DNA of 64,000 bases from an uncultured virus (IMG/VR IMGVR_UViG_3300027969_000051) (Duplodnaviria; Heunggongvirae; Uroviricota; Caudoviricetes). Below, piece by piece: positions 56,690 through 64,000 of the stretch (within the stretch, counting starts at the first letter, position 1; each line of letters opens with the position of its first letter). The stretch lies in the IMG/VR virus record IMGVR_UViG_3300027969_000051. One strand, 5' to 3'. The notes beneath the pieces were generated by a model. That model saw only the letters and a program-made list of their open reading frames with translations, was not told where the DNA came from and did not search any database. The translations under genes and the position numbers were made by a program.

Positions 56690-58192
56690 TTACTGGTCAA
56701 AACCAAGTAGTGCTGTGACAACTTTTCCGTAGGGTACTGGGCTAGTAAATTGTAGAAAGTAACCAGAACCGGATTGGGTTGCTTCGGTTATTGTGATGCT
56801 AGCTCTTGCGGCTATTGTTGCGGTTATAGTTGCATTATTTAAAGTAATGCTAGTCAATGCTCCGGTTATTGCATCAACAGTATAGCTACTAACTGTTGTA
56901 CCTGCTTGTAAGTTTGCACTGCCGGTAACGGTTGCTCCGACAAAATAGATACTAGATCCTGGAACAGTTGCTGGAAACAATGCTGAATTGCTGGTGATAG
57001 TTCCGCCAACAGTCATCGTGCCTGTAGTGGTGCTTGCAAATGTTACTGAGCTGGTTGTAGAAGCTGTGACAGTATAAGTTCCGTTGTATCCTACAGGAGT
57101 CATGCCAGTCACTGAAATAACATCATTAATTGCAAACGGATTTCCGCCCTGTGTGGCAAACCCTAAAGTTACAGATGTTCCGCTACCAGTAATACTTCCA
57201 CTTGCTACTTGTTGTGGGACGTTGATTGCAAAACTACTGCCTGTTATTGTTATTGGAGAACCAACTGATGCAACCGTTTGACTGTTGTTAACAGTGTAGT
57301 TTCCAGTGCCGCCGGTGCCTGTACCAAATGCGCTGATAAAAGTTCCCGCTGATATCGAGCCGCCAGTTATTACTAATCCTAATCCGATTGCACTAGAAGT
57401 TAACGCGGTAACTGTTAAAGTTGTTCCTGAAATATAACCTGTGAATACCGCGTTGTTAACTGCTGTTACCTGTGTACTAGTAACTCCAGAACCTGATAAA
57501 GTCATTCCGACTGCAATACCTGTACCAGAGGTTACTGATAAAATTGTTCCGCTTGCCGCGCCTGATCCGTTACCAATAAAACCTGTAACAGATACTGAGC
57601 CGCTACTACTTGCCGATGTAACTGGCAAACTAGTACTAAAGTATAATACTGTTGATCCTGAACCGGCTGCGGCACTAAGAGTTCCGTTATATGTTTGTCC
57701 AGTTACAGACGGATTTTGTACCACTGTATAGTTGGTAGTGTTTAATTGTAACACGTTTTCAACTACAACTAATATATTTTGTCCGCCAAACTGTCCTGCA
57801 CTCTGACCGCCACTACCTGGAACATTACTTGATGTTTTTGTAGGATCATATGAAGTACTAAGTGGTCCAAACGTAGTTGTTACACCGTCGCCTGCACCTA
57901 GATTTTGTTGTGTAATAGGAGATGCTTCTTTATATTTAAAGGCACGCCATTTGCTACTTTGATATCCTTCAAACTCTGCTGTCTGACTATTATATCGAAT
58001 CATTCCGTTGACCGGGCTACCTGGTTGGGCGGCAGTATTACCAATAGGCACGACTAAACTATTAGTCACACTCATGACAACATTTCCAGCAATAGTAGGT
58101 GCGGTAGCAATAGTTCCTGCTGTAGGATCTACATATAATGAAGGATCATTAGCGATTCTTCTATTAAGAGATTGACGTTTTAAATATCGCAT
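56690..58192 (-). CDS. Modular fibre/baseplate-associated protein
   Basis: PIGNTAAQP..GMIRYNS..EFEGY; GDGVTTTF; VVVENVLQ; shared Thr-rich modules. Confidence 0.75.
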   Translation of the reverse strand: MRYLKRQSLNRRIANDPSLYVDPTAGTIATAPTIAGNVVMSVTNSLVVPIGNTAAQPGSPVNGMIRYNSQTAEFEGYQSSKWRAFKYKEASPITQQNLGAGDGVTTTFGPLSTSYDPTKTSSNVPGSGGQSAGQFGGQNILVVVENVLQLNTTNYTVVQNPSVTGQTYNGTLSAAAGSGSTVLYFSTSLPVTSASSSGSVSVTGFIGNGSGAASGTILSVTSGTGIAVGMTLSGSGVTSTQVTAVNNAVFTGYISGTTLTVTALTSSAIGLGLVITGGSISAGTFISAFGTGTGGTGNYTVNNSQTVASVGSPITITGSSFAINVPQQVASGSITGSGTSVTLGFATQGGNPFAINDVISVTGMTPVGYNGTYTVTASTTSSVTFASTTTGTMTVGGTITSNSALFPATVPGSSIYFVGATVTGSANLQAGTTVSSYTVDAITGALTSITLNNATITATIAARASITITEATQSGSGYFLQFTSPVPYGKVVTALLGFDQ

Positions 58193-58527
58193 TATACTGG
58201 AATTGTGCTTATAACAAAGTTTAATACAGTAGTTACACTACTGAATGCGACAATCGTATCGTTTAAATCTAATACTAGTTTTTCTTGATCTAAACTTACC
58301 GTTTCGCCTGCTGGTATATTAAGTGCGTTAACAATCATGTTGGTAGTGCCTGCTGTGCCTGCTACACCTGCACTGTTAGGTACTGCATACACGGTTACAT
58401 TGGCAGCAGTTGCGCCATAGTTACAAATAAGCATGGCCGTTATAGCATTTCCAATTTGCGGGGCGGTCACTGCACTAGTGTATACTGTGGTGTTTGTAGT
58501 GCCGATTAGCGTTGCTTTTAGTGCCAT
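58192..58527 (-). CDS. Small beta-rich virion protein (~110-aa family)
   Basis: VYTS..AIT.MLICN..IPAGETV..EKLVL..NDTI. Confidence 0.75.
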   Translation of the reverse strand: MALKATLIGTTNTTVYTSAVTAPQIGNAITAMLICNYGATAANVTVYAVPNSAGVAGTAGTTNMIVNALNIPAGETVSLDQEKLVLDLNDTIVAFSSVTTVLNFVISTIPV

Positions 58528-58536
58528 GTTCTATCC

Positions 58537-59835
58537 TTATAATAAAATACTTAACAATAATGCTCTCTTTCTACTTATCAATTCGTCTTGGACTTGAACT
58601 GTAGAATTAGTAATATATAATCCTGTTCGTCCAGGACCTATAGTAGAACTTGAATACAACTTAGTTTTGCCGGCAGTGTATGCTGGTGTATTCCATGTTT
58701 GGTCGTCTAAATTTAGTACAGCATTTAGTTCAACATTATTATTAGTTGCAGTTAACACTAGGTTATTACTGCTGGTGTTTGTTATTGTGTCAGCATTTAA
58801 TCTGACATTGTCTTGTGTAAATCCGCTGTTGTTGAATACTGCTCTTAAGGTGCCGTTTGAGTACCAATTTATTACTCCAATACCGCCTAAGATAGTTATC
58901 GGTGAGCCTACACTAGCCACTGTTTGACTATTATTAATAGTCCATGTGCTAGCGCCGCTGGTGCCGACGCCACTTAGATTGCCTGTAATTTGTGTACCTG
59001 ATGATATACCAGCACCGCTGATATACACTCCGGTAGTGATAGTTCCTGTTACGCCACCTGTTACATATAGCGTTGTGCCAATTGTATATCCAGTAAATGT
59101 TGACTGTGATGTTGCCGTTGCAGTTATCTGAACAAATGCATTATTGGTCAACGGATATTGCAAATTGTAAACAAGTGCGATACCTTGACCGCCGCCTGCT
59201 ACATATGTTGATGCAACATAGTTATTGAGATATTGTACGTTTGGAATATGATATGGTTGTAAGTTAGCCGCGCCATAATTATATGCCGAATTTAATATTG
59301 TGTGACCGCTGAGCCCTATAGTTCCGCCTGAATTAACAATGGCTAGATACTTTGTACCACCCTGCATGTCAAATATTAGATCACCAGAATTGTCACCTGC
59401 AATCGATCTAACTTGAATTCCAGAAAGTGTTCCAGCATTACCAGCAATAGCCTGTGCTGCCGTTACAGTTTTTAAAACAAAGCTACCATTGACTTCAGCC
59501 GATGTTGATGAATCGTAATGTTTAATTTGTTCATTAAACATAAGTCTAGCCGCATCACCAATGCCCCGACCAATTTCATAACCACCTTCATAAAACAATG
59601 TATCTGGAATCGATGGTTGACTTAACCCATAGTTAACTGTAATTACATTGTCTTTGATTGTAGTATTAGTGCTTTCAACGTAGGTTGTTAAACCTTTAAC
59701 ATCAAGATTACCGATGATAGTTACAGTGCCGTAACTTCCGCCAGAGGTCGTACCGGTAGTATCAAAATAAATGTTACCACCGTCTTGAACCTGTAGTCTG
59801 TAATCACCACCGCTGACTTTTACTATTCTTGACAT
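58537..59835 (-). CDS. Fibre-like structural protein
   Basis: GNLDVKG.TT.VES..TTIKDNVITVN..GG.EIGRG motif; shared Thr-rich module. Confidence 0.75.
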   Translation of the reverse strand: MSRIVKVSGGDYRLQVQDGGNIYFDTTGTTSGGSYGTVTIIGNLDVKGLTTYVESTNTTIKDNVITVNYGLSQPSIPDTLFYEGGYEIGRGIGDAARLMFNEQIKHYDSSTSAEVNGSFVLKTVTAAQAIAGNAGTLSGIQVRSIAGDNSGDLIFDMQGGTKYLAIVNSGGTIGLSGHTILNSAYNYGAANLQPYHIPNVQYLNNYVASTYVAGGGQGIALVYNLQYPLTNNAFVQITATATSQSTFTGYTIGTTLYVTGGVTGTITTGVYISGAGISSGTQITGNLSGVGTSGASTWTINNSQTVASVGSPITILGGIGVINWYSNGTLRAVFNNSGFTQDNVRLNADTITNTSSNNLVLTATNNNVELNAVLNLDDQTWNTPAYTAGKTKLYSSSTIGPGRTGLYITNSTVQVQDELISRKRALLLSILL

Positions 59836-59852
59836 TCTATATCCTTATAGAT

Positions 59853-59870
59853 TGGGGACCGAAGCCCCCA
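59853..59870 (-). terminator. CUUCGG hairpin (terminator or stabiliser)
   Basis: TGGGGGC-TTCG-GTCCCCA; poor U-tract. Confidence 0.6.
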
Positions 59871-59877
59871 TTTCTAA

Positions 59878-60906
59878 TTAAGCGTTTTCTACTAGTAATG
59901 AATCACCCAATACTGCGGCATTCATATTCCATTTAACTGCGGCGCCGGTTGCAAATGCTGTACCTGTACCACGAGTTACTGTAGCCTTACGTGCTGTGAT
60001 CTTAGTAGCAAAATAATTTCCGCCAACAGAATCAGTAAACTTGATACTGCCTTCACCTGCGGCTGTTGCCACTGATGATTTTAGTTTAACAATACCTGTA
60101 CGTGTACCGTCTGTTACTTTGAAACGATTTGTTGAAACTTGTTTGATAACGTCGACTGTAGTTGCAGAACCACCAGTTAAGTATGCTGTCATGATGATTG
60201 CATTTTCTTGATTTGTAGTTGATCCAACGTTACCAGTACTTACAGTCAATGCCGCTGTTACTGTTAATGTACCTTGTGTACCTGTTGACAATGTAACGGC
60301 CGGTGCTGTTGTGTAACCAGAACCTTTTTCAGTAATTGTAATGCCAGTAATTGTACCTGCTGCCGCTACTGCACCAACAACTGTAAGCACAATATCGTTT
60401 GTTGATGTAACACCACCAATTAGTGCACCGTCAATGGTAATTGTGTTACCAACAGCGTATCCAGTACCTTTTGTAGTTGCTGTGATAACTGTTAGTACAC
60501 CACCAGTAGCATAGTTAGTACCTGTTGTAGCTTTGGTAATTGTGAATACTGCACCAGTACCTGAACCGTTTGTTGCTTTTTGTACTAGACCAGTATATGT
60601 ACCTGTTGCGGCTGAGCCAGTACCAGTTGCTGTAAATGTTGATCTATCAGTACCAGATGTTCCTGCGGCTGCTGTTAAAAATGCACCTGCTGGGCCTACT
60701 ACTAAACTACCTACTGCACGTACACCAGTTGGTATAGTTGGAGTTGCAATGCTAATTTGTGTTAATCCAGCTGTATAGCTTGCTGAGTTGTTTGCGGCAC
60801 CTAATGCAATGCTTGCAATGCCTTCACCGCCGATTTTATCATCGGTAGTGCCTGTGGTACCGACGTTTCGGTTACCAAAATATTTCTTACTTAGAGGACG
60901 TCCCAT
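59878..60906 (-). CDS. Thr/Gly-rich structural protein (possible capsid or tail decoration)
   Basis: MGRPLSKKYFG N-terminus, GSGYTTAP.V motif, IKQVS..RFKV; strong AAGGAG SD. Confidence 0.75.
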   Translation of the reverse strand: MGRPLSKKYFGNRNVGTTGTTDDKIGGEGIASIALGAANNSASYTAGLTQISIATPTIPTGVRAVGSLVVGPAGAFLTAAAGTSGTDRSTFTATGTGSAATGTYTGLVQKATNGSGTGAVFTITKATTGTNYATGGVLTVITATTKGTGYAVGNTITIDGALIGGVTSTNDIVLTVVGAVAAAGTITGITITEKGSGYTTAPAVTLSTGTQGTLTVTAALTVSTGNVGSTTNQENAIIMTAYLTGGSATTVDVIKQVSTNRFKVTDGTRTGIVKLKSSVATAAGEGSIKFTDSVGGNYFATKITARKATVTRGTGTAFATGAAVKWNMNAAVLGDSLLVENA

Positions 60907-60919
60907 TTTATTTTCTCCT

Positions 60920-60989
60920 TATGAAAACACAGCGTTCTAGGCTGTACGCGGTTAGATTTCCGCATAAAACTCACCCTATGTGAGTCATA
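60920..60989 (-). ncRNA. Candidate four-way-junction 5' leader RNA (unassigned)
   Basis: UAUGA/UCAUA closing stem around hairpins CUCAC/GUGAG, UAUGCGG/CCGCGUA and CAGC/GCUG; fills the gap between promoter and SD. Confidence 0.6.
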
Positions 60990-60994
60990 CATTG

Positions 60995-61000
60995 TATTTA
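60995..61000 (-). promoter_or_regulatory. Late promoter core TAAATA
   Basis: Overlaps the TAA stop of the upstream gene. Confidence 0.65.
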
Positions 61001-61891
61001 TGCGTAAGTGATTCTTAAGGCAACTTGACTAAGATATGCTAAATCTCTGTGCGGATAGGTGGCATTACTTTGAAAACTGACCACGACTCCAAACGTAGGA
61101 TCAGCTACATCTGAAGCTGTGAGTGCTGTACCCCATAGATCTGCAGGACCTCCGTAAATACTAAAATCACCGACTGGGTCTTGAGGGGTGGTGAAATCTC
61201 CGGTATTCATATCAGTTTGCACAGGATTTATAGTGCTAGCAAGATTGTTACTGTTAGCAATTTCTACGCCGTTTAGTACTAATTTAATTTTTAAATCTTG
61301 TATTCTACCGGCACGTTGTACGTTAAGAGCTAGTTCTATTCCGGCTACTTGAGTTAGCCCAGGGACTTGAATACTGTACCCTGTTATTGCTATCTGCACT
61401 TTGATTTGTAATACTGTGTCGGCTAGAAATGCTGGTTTAACTACATTATTCCACCAACTACGAAGATTCGTACTGCCCTCAGATAATAAGAACCATTGTC
61501 GAGCATCGGCAGCAGTGATGGTTCCGGAGTTGTTGATATCTCCGTATCTAAATCCGCTAACTGGATCTATTGTTCTTAAGAAATTGTATAGTAATGCACT
61601 ACTATATCCTTGCGAAATAGGTATAATTTGCTCAGAAATAAAGAACAACAGTTGAGATTCAGTGTATGAGCTATTGTATCCAGTACAGTATAATTCACTA
61701 GTTGTACTTAAAAACTTTTCCATCCATAATCCGCTGATAGTGTACAGTGGTTTACTGCTGATTGCACAGTTATTTTCTGTAATAATATTTTGTGTTGTGA
61801 TCCAATCGATACTAGGATATCCTGTAACTTCGTTAGGAATGTTTACATTAGTTAAAATTGTTGGATTTAAAAAAGGTGTAGTGGTGGTCAT
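60998..61891 (-). CDS. Hypothetical structural protein with dockerin/EF-hand-like insert; paralog of the adjacent gene
   Basis: LYTI.GLWMEK, AGIEL, YG.P.DLWG..LT..DV, QVALRITYA shared; insert contains GDINNSGTITAAD. Confidence 0.75.
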   Translation of the reverse strand: MTTTTPFLNPTILTNVNIPNEVTGYPSIDWITTQNIITENNCAISSKPLYTISGLWMEKFLSTTSELYCTGYNSSYTESQLLFFISEQIIPISQGYSSALLYNFLRTIDPVSGFRYGDINNSGTITAADARQWFLLSEGSTNLRSWWNNVVKPAFLADTVLQIKVQIAITGYSIQVPGLTQVAGIELALNVQRAGRIQDLKIKLVLNGVEIANSNNLASTINPVQTDMNTGDFTTPQDPVGDFSIYGGPADLWGTALTASDVADPTFGVVVSFQSNATYPHRDLAYLSQVALRITYA

Positions 61892-61892
61892 A

Positions 61893-62432
61893 TTATGCGT
61901 AAGTGATTCTTAAGGCAACTTGGTTCAAATATAACAGGTCTCTGTGGGGATATATCTGATTGCTTCTATATGCTAATGCAATACCAAAGCTATCTTGGGC
62001 AACATCGGCGGGTGTCAGTGTAGTGCCCCACAAATCCGAAGGACTACCATATATATGAAAATCGTCAACTGGATTTATAGTGCTGGCTTTGTTTTCACCT
62101 ATAAGAACTCTATCACCTAAGGTTAGTTGTATTAGTAAGTCTTCAATGAGGGCCGCACGTTGTACATTAACTCTTAACTCTATACCTGCAATTGGTCTGC
62201 TAACTAGGGGGAATCGAAATTGTGTGCAATACAAGTGTTCCGTTGTGCTGAAATACTTTTCCATCCATAATCCATTGATTGTATATAACGGAGTTATGGT
62301 TGATGTATGGTTGTCTGTAGTGCCGGCAAGATAGGTATCTTTCCATTCGATTGGTGCTTGCCCGGAATCTGGATTAAGAGAGTTTATTGTAGAAAATATA
62401 GTAGGATTATAAAAATCAGTAGTAGTGGTCAT
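61893..62432 (-). CDS. Hypothetical structural protein; start corrected to MTTTTDF
   Basis: The ORF-track start falls inside the terminator; TAAATA is 4 nt before ATG 62432; N-terminus matches the paralog. Confidence 0.75.
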   Translation of the reverse strand: MTTTTDFYNPTIFSTINSLNPDSGQAPIEWKDTYLAGTTDNHTSTITPLYTINGLWMEKYFSTTEHLYCTQFRFPLVSRPIAGIELRVNVQRAALIEDLLIQLTLGDRVLIGENKASTINPVDDFHIYGSPSDLWGTTLTPADVAQDSFGIALAYRSNQIYPHRDLLYLNQVALRITYA

Positions 62433-62436
62433 ACTA

Positions 62437-62442
62437 TATTTA
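62437..62442 (-). promoter_or_regulatory. Late promoter core TAAATA (leaderless type)
   Basis: TAAATA-tagt-ATG. Confidence 0.65.
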
Positions 62443-62452
62443 CACAAAAGAG

Positions 62453-62474
62453 AAAGGGCTCCGAAGAGCCCTTT
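62453..62474 (-). terminator. Intrinsic terminator after major capsid gene, CUUCGG loop
   Basis: AAAGGGCTC-TTCG-GAGCCCTTT followed by ctctttt. Confidence 0.88.
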
Positions 62475-62500
62475 ATCATATATCAACTTCTAAGGTTTGA

Positions 62501-63673
62501 TTAGCTAAACTTAACGTTACCGCTAGTAATAGCAACTAGACCTAAGTAGTCAGCCGCATTACCTAATGAAGATGCTGTGTTTGACAACTCAACATATCCA
62601 TAACGTGTCATGAAGCTTACGACTGGTTCGAATGTTGATGGATCTAACACAACACCGCTTGACATTAAAGGAATGTATGGGCAGTAGAATGCTGGAGCAT
62701 CTGATTCGCTTGAACCTTTGTATCCGATTAGCACTGAAGCTGAATCAGAAGCATAGCTGTTTACATAAACTTTCATTGCGCTGTTCAATGTACCAACAAA
62801 CTTAGTGTTTGTAGGAGCTTCGAAAGTGCCTTCAGTTGTACGAGCAAAAGCTGATGTTGTTGCAGATTGTAGAATTGTTAGCGTAAATGGGCTAACAACT
62901 GCGTAGTTACCTGCACCACGACGTGTACGTTGTGCAATCAAGTTGCTTACACGATTGATTTGAACTGCCAATGCGGCATGTTCGTCACCAACAAATGTAG
63001 CTGTACCTGACACAGCGGACTGGTCATAAGTTTGTGTAGCTGTACCAGCTAATGATGTTAGAGATGCAATGATCTCTTGATCGATTTCAGCTGTAATTTC
63101 TTGAGCCAATGCAGCCATAACTTCTGCTTCAACGTCAATACCTTGTTGGGCTTGTGCGTCTTGAGCAGCCTCGAATGTCCAACGTGCAGACAATTTACGA
63201 GTTTTAGCTTCGACTGTTTGTTTCAAGATTTGAATTGACATACGGTTACCAGCTTGACCTTCTAGGGTAGCTGTTGAAGCTGCCTTAGCGGTTGCACTTT
63301 GGTTTCCTGAGTATGCCTCAGCAATCTTGAACGGGCTTAGTGCCTCTTCACCAGCTAATACGCCTGAGTTAGCTGAAGTATCAGCATAACGTACACGTAA
63401 AGTGTGAATTTGGCCAACTGGGCCAGTCATTGGTTGTACACCAACTAGTTCATTAGCAATGACTGTTGGCATAACGCGACGGATCACTGGAAGGATCACG
63501 CGATTTAAAGTTGCAACGTTACCAGCAGAAGTAGCACCAGTAGTTGGACTTTCTAACAAATACTTGCGAGTATTTTCTAGAGTCACGCCCATTACTGATT
63601 TTTTAGTGCCTTGTAAGCCTTCTAATAGGGCTTCCTTAGTTTCTGCCCAACGTCCGTTTAGTAGTTCTGACAT
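62501..63673 (-). CDS. gp23: Major capsid protein, gp23-like
   Basis: IRRVMP..IA.ELVGVQPMTGPVGQI, VEAKTRKL.ARWT.E.AQD, EIDQEI, FYCPYIPL, MTRYG. Confidence 0.96.
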   Translation of the reverse strand: MSELLNGRWAETKEALLEGLQGTKKSVMGVTLENTRKYLLESPTTGATSAGNVATLNRVILPVIRRVMPTVIANELVGVQPMTGPVGQIHTLRVRYADTSANSGVLAGEEALSPFKIAEAYSGNQSATAKAASTATLEGQAGNRMSIQILKQTVEAKTRKLSARWTFEAAQDAQAQQGIDVEAEVMAALAQEITAEIDQEIIASLTSLAGTATQTYDQSAVSGTATFVGDEHAALAVQINRVSNLIAQRTRRGAGNYAVVSPFTLTILQSATTSAFARTTEGTFEAPTNTKFVGTLNSAMKVYVNSYASDSASVLIGYKGSSESDAPAFYCPYIPLMSSGVVLDPSTFEPVVSFMTRYGYVELSNTASSLGNAADYLGLVAITSGNVKFS

Positions 63674-63684
63674 TTAAATTCTCC

Positions 63685-63999
63685 TTAAATTTTTAGTCCT
63701 GCGAGTCTGCGGATGTCAACAATGTTACTTGATGAAGCATCTGACTCACTGCTACGGGTGTTGGAAATCTTATTTCCGGTTATTTCTTTAGCCTCTACTA
63801 GTGCCTGTTTCTTCTGCGGAGCCTTGCCATTGTTGCCAGAGACAACTGATGGTAAGTACTTTTCAAAACTTTCGTTTAGCTTAGTTGTCTTTACAGACTC
63901 CATTAATTCGCCCATGATTTCTTTCTGCTCACTGTTAAGTGGAGCGAGAAGTTCATTCATGATTGCTTTTCTTTCTTGAGCTTCTTTCAAAGCCTGGAT
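63685..63999 (-). CDS. C-terminal part of prohead core/scaffold protein (gp22-like), partial
   Basis: Frame open to the window edge; directly upstream of the capsid gene; repeated LxE sites; terminal IRRLAGL. Confidence 0.65.
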   Translation of the reverse strand: MQALKEAQERKAIMNELLAPLNSEQKEIMGELMESVKTTKLNESFEKYLPSVVSGNNGKAPQKKQALVEAKEITGNKISNTRSSESDASSSNIVDIRRLAGLKI

Positions 64000-64000
64000 T

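Noticed and set aside
33014..60778. Many Val/Pro/Ala-rich plus-strand ORFs
   Set aside because: Antisense mirror frames of Thr/Gly-rich genes, without SDs or promoters.
60920..60989. Cloverleaf read as a tRNA
   Set aside because: No T-loop (TTCRA) or D-loop GG, arm lengths are wrong, no CCA; kept only as a leader candidate.
1..64000. Stop-codon reassignment, CRISPR array, introns or inteins
   Set aside because: Genes tile densely in the standard code with TAA, TAG and TGA all used as stops. No repeat-spacer array was seen. UvsX, terminase and capsid are uninterrupted and not oversized.

Overview
This window is a gene-dense, AT-rich segment of a large T4-like (myovirus) phage genome, read mostly on the minus strand in the standard genetic code. 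From left to right it holds: uvsX/recA and a gp32-type ssDNA-binding protein; putative internal head proteins; large and small terminase; gp4-like nuclease; two tail-tube paralogs; an enlarged tail sheath; a small HNH protein; dNMP kinase; and neck/tail-terminator genes (gp13 divergent from gp14-gp15). Next come a Nudix gene and an enzyme cassette (GT9-like glycosyltransferase, NodU/CmcH carbamoyltransferase, 2OG-Fe(II) oxygenase, two SGNH-like proteins) attached to three Cys/Gly-rich adhesin-like genes and two fibre chaperones. About 30 kb of modular Thr/Ser-rich fibre-like genes follow, including 3272-aa and 3104-aa paralogs, then the major capsid protein and the end of a prohead scaffold. 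The regulatory layer is readable directly from the sequence: about 16 TAAATA late-promoter cores (seven only 4-5 nt before an ATG, implying leaderless mRNAs), two sigma70 promoters, CUUCGG hairpins, an SD-occluding hairpin in front of the enzyme cassette, and two compact multi-stem RNA leaders that I cannot assign to a known family. The best candidates for new biology are a late-expressed virion glycosylation/carbamoylation cassette and the two structured leaders. All calls come from motif recognition by eye; no searches were run.
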